Positions 24,953 through 28,538 of a DNA stretch of 28,538 nucleotides are shown in pieces. Source of the stretch: Planctomycetota bacterium (GTDB taxonomy: Bacteria > Planctomycetota > PUPC01 > JABMSA01). The notes under the pieces are model-generated. The model was not told the origin of the DNA, made no database searches, and was given only the letters and a program-made list of their open reading frames with translations. Positions within the stretch are counted from its first letter, which is position 1. Each line of letters starts with the position of its first letter. The stretch lies in the NCBI GenBank assembly GCA_035528775.1, contig DATKYA010000295.1, positions 1 to 28,538 of the forward strand. Reading direction: 5' to 3'. Position numbers and translations under genes: made by a program.

Positions 24953-26275
24953 TCAGCGCACTCTCAACTCGGGCACGTTGTGCTCGACGGTGCCGAAGTA
25001 GACGGTGATGCCTTTCTCCAACTCGCATTCCATCGGTTCGCTGTTGAGCATGTCGCCATAGACCTCGCACCGGATCGGGGCATCGGCGTTCTCGGGTTCC
25101 TTGAAGGATCCCTTGGAGATCTCGGTGGCGAGGGCCTTCATCACCGGGTCATTCTGCTGGTTCAGATAGTTCTCGACGGCGGCCTGGTCGGGGAATTGCC
25201 CCCTGGCAAACTCGACCTTGCTGATCGCCCCGGAGAAATCGAGCACCTTGCACTCGACCTTCACGGTAACGAAAGCCTGCCCGGTCGTCTGCACTCGTGC
25301 GGCGGCCGCTGCTGAAATCCTGTCGCTCATGCCGCGCTCGATCGTGAACGACGTGATGCTCAGCGGCAGGCCGCAGTTGATGATGCGCTCGATGAGGAAG
25401 GGGACGTTCCGCGGCAGCATCGACACATCGAGCGAGACCGTGTAGTACACGTACCGCGGGTCAAACGGCATGTCTTCTCGCTTCTCGGGAATCTTGAAGA
25501 TTACCTTGTTGAACAGGGGCACGAGGGCGGGCTCCTTCTCGGCGAGGCGGACGACGTTGCCCTCTTTGGCGGCGGCATCGGGGGCGGGATTCGCCGCAGG
25601 AGTCTCAGGCTCTGCCGTGGCAGCGGGGGCCGCCTCCGGCTCCTTGGCGGCATCGTCCGCTTTCGCTCCGGCATCCTTCGCGTCTTCGGCGGCACCTTTC
25701 GCTTCCGCCGCCGGTGCGGGACCCTTCATCGCCTCCAGCAGCTTCTGCTGGATGTACACCTGCTTGTGTGCGTAGATGAGCATCTTCGCGGTCGGGGTCT
25801 CGCCTTCGACTTTCAGCCAATCCCAGGGGAGGGACTGCGTGTCCATCCCGATTCTCGCATCGAGGGCCATCTGTTTGCAGGCGTCTCGCGCGTTCAGGAT
25901 CTGGTTGAGCAGCAGAGTCCGCTCGCGGGGCGTGAGGTTGAGCCTCCTGGCCGGGATGATCCTCGTGCCGATGTCGAAGAAGCGGTCGATCATGTCGTCC
26001 TTGCCGATCAGCAGAAGGCACATGCGGAGGTATTCGCGGTGGAGCTCGGCCTTGCGCTTTTCGGCGGCCTGGATCATGGGATCGTTGGCGGCGTTGCCCG
26101 GCTGGCGCAGGCCGTCAAGCTGGTCTTTCAGCCTACCGAGCTCCTCCAGTCGGCTGGCGCTGTCGCCCTTCATCCGGCTCACGGTGCCGGGCACGGGCAG
26201 CAGGTAGATGCACAACTCGGCGAGCAGGATAACCGCCATGAATACCCAGAATACGTTGCCTTTCAGTTTACCCAT
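24953..26275 (-). CDS. PilO/GspM-position bitopic membrane protein (Amuc_1100-like by synteny) with Ala/Pro/Glu linker (440 aa)
   Basis: TM VFWVFMAVILLAELCIYLL, coiled coil, ferredoxin-like core YTVSLDVSMLPRNVPFLIERIINCGLPLSITSFTIER...VTVKVECKVLDF; TAATG coupling to pilM. Confidence 0.65.
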   Translation of the reverse strand: MGKLKGNVFWVFMAVILLAELCIYLLPVPGTVSRMKGDSASRLEELGRLKDQLDGLRQPGNAANDPMIQAAEKRKAELHREYLRMCLLLIGKDDMIDRFFDIGTRIIPARRLNLTPRERTLLLNQILNARDACKQMALDARIGMDTQSLPWDWLKVEGETPTAKMLIYAHKQVYIQQKLLEAMKGPAPAAEAKGAAEDAKDAGAKADDAAKEPEAAPAATAEPETPAANPAPDAAAKEGNVVRLAEKEPALVPLFNKVIFKIPEKREDMPFDPRYVYYTVSLDVSMLPRNVPFLIERIINCGLPLSITSFTIERGMSDRISAAAAARVQTTGQAFVTVKVECKVLDFSGAISKVEFARGQFPDQAAVENYLNQQNDPVMKALATEISKGSFKEPENADAPIRCEVYGDMLNSEPMECELEKGITVYFGTVEHNVPELRVR

Positions 26276-28221
26276 TATTCCTGTTCTCCCTGCGGTTGTG
26301 CGGCAGCCCTGATGCTCACGTTGACCCTGATGGTGAATTCGATCCGCCTGCGTTGGGCGGCGTCAGCCGCCTCGGGTGGTGCGTTGGCGGGGCCTTCGCG
26401 CACTTCGCGTGTGCCCACGATGGCAGGCATCTCGCTATCCTTGGCGGCCCCGTGATCGGTGAAGAGCGGCACCTTCAGCTTCCTCACAAGGTTGGCCTCG
26501 ACGAAGGCGAGATCCTTCTCGGTCCAGCCGTCGATGAGCATCTCGTATCTCACCTTCTGCGGGGGAGGCGGCGCCTGCGCTTCAGACTCGGCATCGCGCC
26601 CCTCGTATCGCTCCACCGGAGGGGGCTGCACTTCATCCATCCTCACCTTGGTCAGGAAGATATCGTTGCTCACTTCACCGTAGACGGTGGAGAGCTCGTT
26701 GAGTGCCCTCAGCATGAGATCGCGGTTCTTGCCGACCCCTGCGATTCCGGTGATGTCGGCTTCGATCTTGATGGTGTCGGTGGCTTTCCGGTAGCGCTTG
26801 ACGATGTCTTCATATTCCTTAACGACAACCTCCGGGGAGCTCCTGACGAGCTCTTCGTACCTCCTGATGGCTGTTTGCGGGTCGTTCTTGAGGAGCTCTT
26901 CGTACTTATGGATAGCGGCCTGCGGGTGGAGCCTGGCTATCTCTTCGTACTGCTTGATGGCGGCCCGCGGGTCCCGCTTGACGAGGCCTTCGTATTCCTT
27001 GACGGCTACGGCGACCTCCTGCTCCGGGACAACGTTCTTGAGCTCCGTGCTGTCGACGCGGCTGCCGTGGTAGACGGCAGCCAGGGCGATGCCCAGGCAG
27101 GCAACGGCGGCCACGGTGAATGGTTTCTTGCGAACCACCTCGCGCCGCATCTTGACTTCGTCGGGCAGCACGTTGATGGTGACCGGTCCATGGCCGGCCG
27201 CCTGCAATGCCAGGCCCATCGACGTTGCGAAGCTGGGGAGGTCCGACGAATGCTCGCTGCCCGCCGCCGAACCGGAAAGGGATATCCGCTGGAAGCTCGA
27301 CAGCACGGTGACCTGAGCACCGAGGCTCTCGCGGAACATTTCCACCAGCGGCTGCATCCGGAAGCTGTCGCCCACCAGGTAGGCCTGGTCGATCTTCAGC
27401 GTCTTGAATTGCTGCTTGTAGTAGCCGATGGTCTTGTGGATCTCGCCCAGCAGGCGGTCAAACGTGGGCCGCATCACGGTGAACATCTTGTCGGGCACTT
27501 TCGACTGTGCCGACTTTCTCTTGAGGTCTTCGGCTTCTTCCTGCGAGATGCCGAATTTCTGCTGGAGGATCTTGGTGATGGAGTCGCTGGAGATGGGGAT
27601 CGAGCGCACGCGGAAGTTGCCGTCGGCCAGGATGACGATGTCGGTGATGCCGGCGCCGATGTCGACGATCATCGTGCCGCTGTTGATCTGGCGGTCCCAC
27701 TTCAGCAGGTTGTAGAGGGCCAGGCGGCTCATCCCGATGATGTCGACGCCGAGGTTGATCGACTCGAGGCTGGCGAGAGCCTGCTGGATGATCTGTGTCT
27801 TGATCGCGAAGAGCGCGATCTCGATGCCTTCGCCGGGGCGCGGGGGCCGGTCGGATGCGGGCTGGTAGTCCCACGCTACCTCGTCGAGGGGGAAGGGAAT
27901 CTGCTGCTTGGCCTCGTATCTGACGATCTGGGGCACCTGCTTCATACTGACGGCCGGGAGGCTGATGAACCTGTCGAACCCGGCGCCGGGCACGGAGAGG
28001 GCAACACGTGCCGAGCCGAGCTTGTTCCGGGAGACGAGGATCCGCAGTGCGGCGCGCACCTGCTCGTCCTTGTCCACGTAGTTGAAGCCTTCAGCCCGGA
28101 AGGTGCGGGGCACGCTGTCCATCGCGAGCACTTCCGCCCGGGTGCCGGATACGCGCATCTTGACGGCTCGAACAGCCGACTCGCTGATGTCGATACCCCA
28201 CGCTACTTTGCTGCCGAACAT
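26275..28221 (-). CDS. pilM: PilM actin-like pilus assembly protein fused to a PilN-like TM/periplasmic domain (648 aa)
   Basis: AWGIDISESAVRAVK; IVRYEAKQQIPFPLDEVAWDY; MIVDIGAGITDIVI; EIHKTIGYY; then EVKMRREVVRKKPFTVAAVACLGIAL (PilN-like TM); GGAGG RBS. Confidence 0.9.
   Translation of the reverse strand: MFGSKVAWGIDISESAVRAVKMRVSGTRAEVLAMDSVPRTFRAEGFNYVDKDEQVRAALRILVSRNKLGSARVALSVPGAGFDRFISLPAVSMKQVPQIVRYEAKQQIPFPLDEVAWDYQPASDRPPRPGEGIEIALFAIKTQIIQQALASLESINLGVDIIGMSRLALYNLLKWDRQINSGTMIVDIGAGITDIVILADGNFRVRSIPISSDSITKILQQKFGISQEEAEDLKRKSAQSKVPDKMFTVMRPTFDRLLGEIHKTIGYYKQQFKTLKIDQAYLVGDSFRMQPLVEMFRESLGAQVTVLSSFQRISLSGSAAGSEHSSDLPSFATSMGLALQAAGHGPVTINVLPDEVKMRREVVRKKPFTVAAVACLGIALAAVYHGSRVDSTELKNVVPEQEVAVAVKEYEGLVKRDPRAAIKQYEEIARLHPQAAIHKYEELLKNDPQTAIRRYEELVRSSPEVVVKEYEDIVKRYRKATDTIKIEADITGIAGVGKNRDLMLRALNELSTVYGEVSNDIFLTKVRMDEVQPPPVERYEGRDAESEAQAPPPPQKVRYEMLIDGWTEKDLAFVEANLVRKLKVPLFTDHGAAKDSEMPAIVGTREVREGPANAPPEAADAAQRRRIEFTIRVNVSIRAAAQPQGEQE
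26788..27012 (-). repeat. Five tandem 45-nt (15-aa) repeats in the PilN-like periplasmic stalk
   Basis: AVAVKEYEGLVKRDP / RAAIKQYEEIARLHP / QAAIHKYEELLKNDP / QTAIRRYEELVRSSP / EVVVKEYEDIVKRYR; 225 nt = 5 x 45. Confidence 0.9.
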
Positions 28222-28538
28222 AATGATCCTCCGAGTCCGAGGATTTGGGGGAAGCCTGCAACGCGGGCATCACTGTGCCCGGCGTCGTGCGGACGTAAAA
28301 GGTCCGCCGCCGTGCCGGCTCCGTGTGCCGTGCAGACGTGCCGTCCGCCGTTGAGCGGCGCCTGCTGCCCACGCGGGTTCCCGGGCGGTTGCCGCTGAAT
28401 CCGGCCGATCCCGCCCGAAAGAATAGCCCCACGCCGGTACCGATGAGTGCTCTGTTTGCCACCGGGGCCGACGCAGGGAAGAAAGATCAGATGTCGGATT
28501 CTGCGGCCCGACTTTGCCGCGCCTTACAACTCCTTACA

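Noticed and set aside
18084-28221. Calling a complete type II secretion or type IV pilus system
   Set aside because: ATPase, inner-membrane platform, pilins and prepilin peptidase are not in the window.

Overview
GC-rich bacterial DNA, most likely from the PVC superphylum and probably Planctomycetota. This is judged from planctomycete-type secretins, a YdjY-domain protein, dockerin-tagged proteins and a TPR/ExbBD cluster, and is an inference, not a database result. Every credible gene is on the minus strand. From 28221 down to 8355 lies one closely packed co-oriented cluster: PilM(-PilN) fusion, PilO-position protein, Ig/FN3 membrane protein, two tandem paralogous secretins, a beta-helix/cohesin-like/dockerin protein, two TPR proteins, ExbB, two ExbD and a YdjY-domain protein. 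No pilus ATPase, platform protein, pilin or TonB is visible in the window. Below the cluster is a secreted GH42-like protein (8188-4738) with two single-base frameshifts. Its reading frame appears to switch at about 4970 into a foreign dockerin tail, while what looks like its native C-terminus resumes at 271. The 4.7 kb in between carries a sigma70 promoter, a pair of large SPFH proteins and a broken HEAT-repeat gene. Two palindromic REP-like elements are present, one apparently inserted in frame in a signal-peptide coding region. No rRNA, tRNA, CRISPR array, transposase or integrase was recognised. All family calls are by-eye motif recognition.
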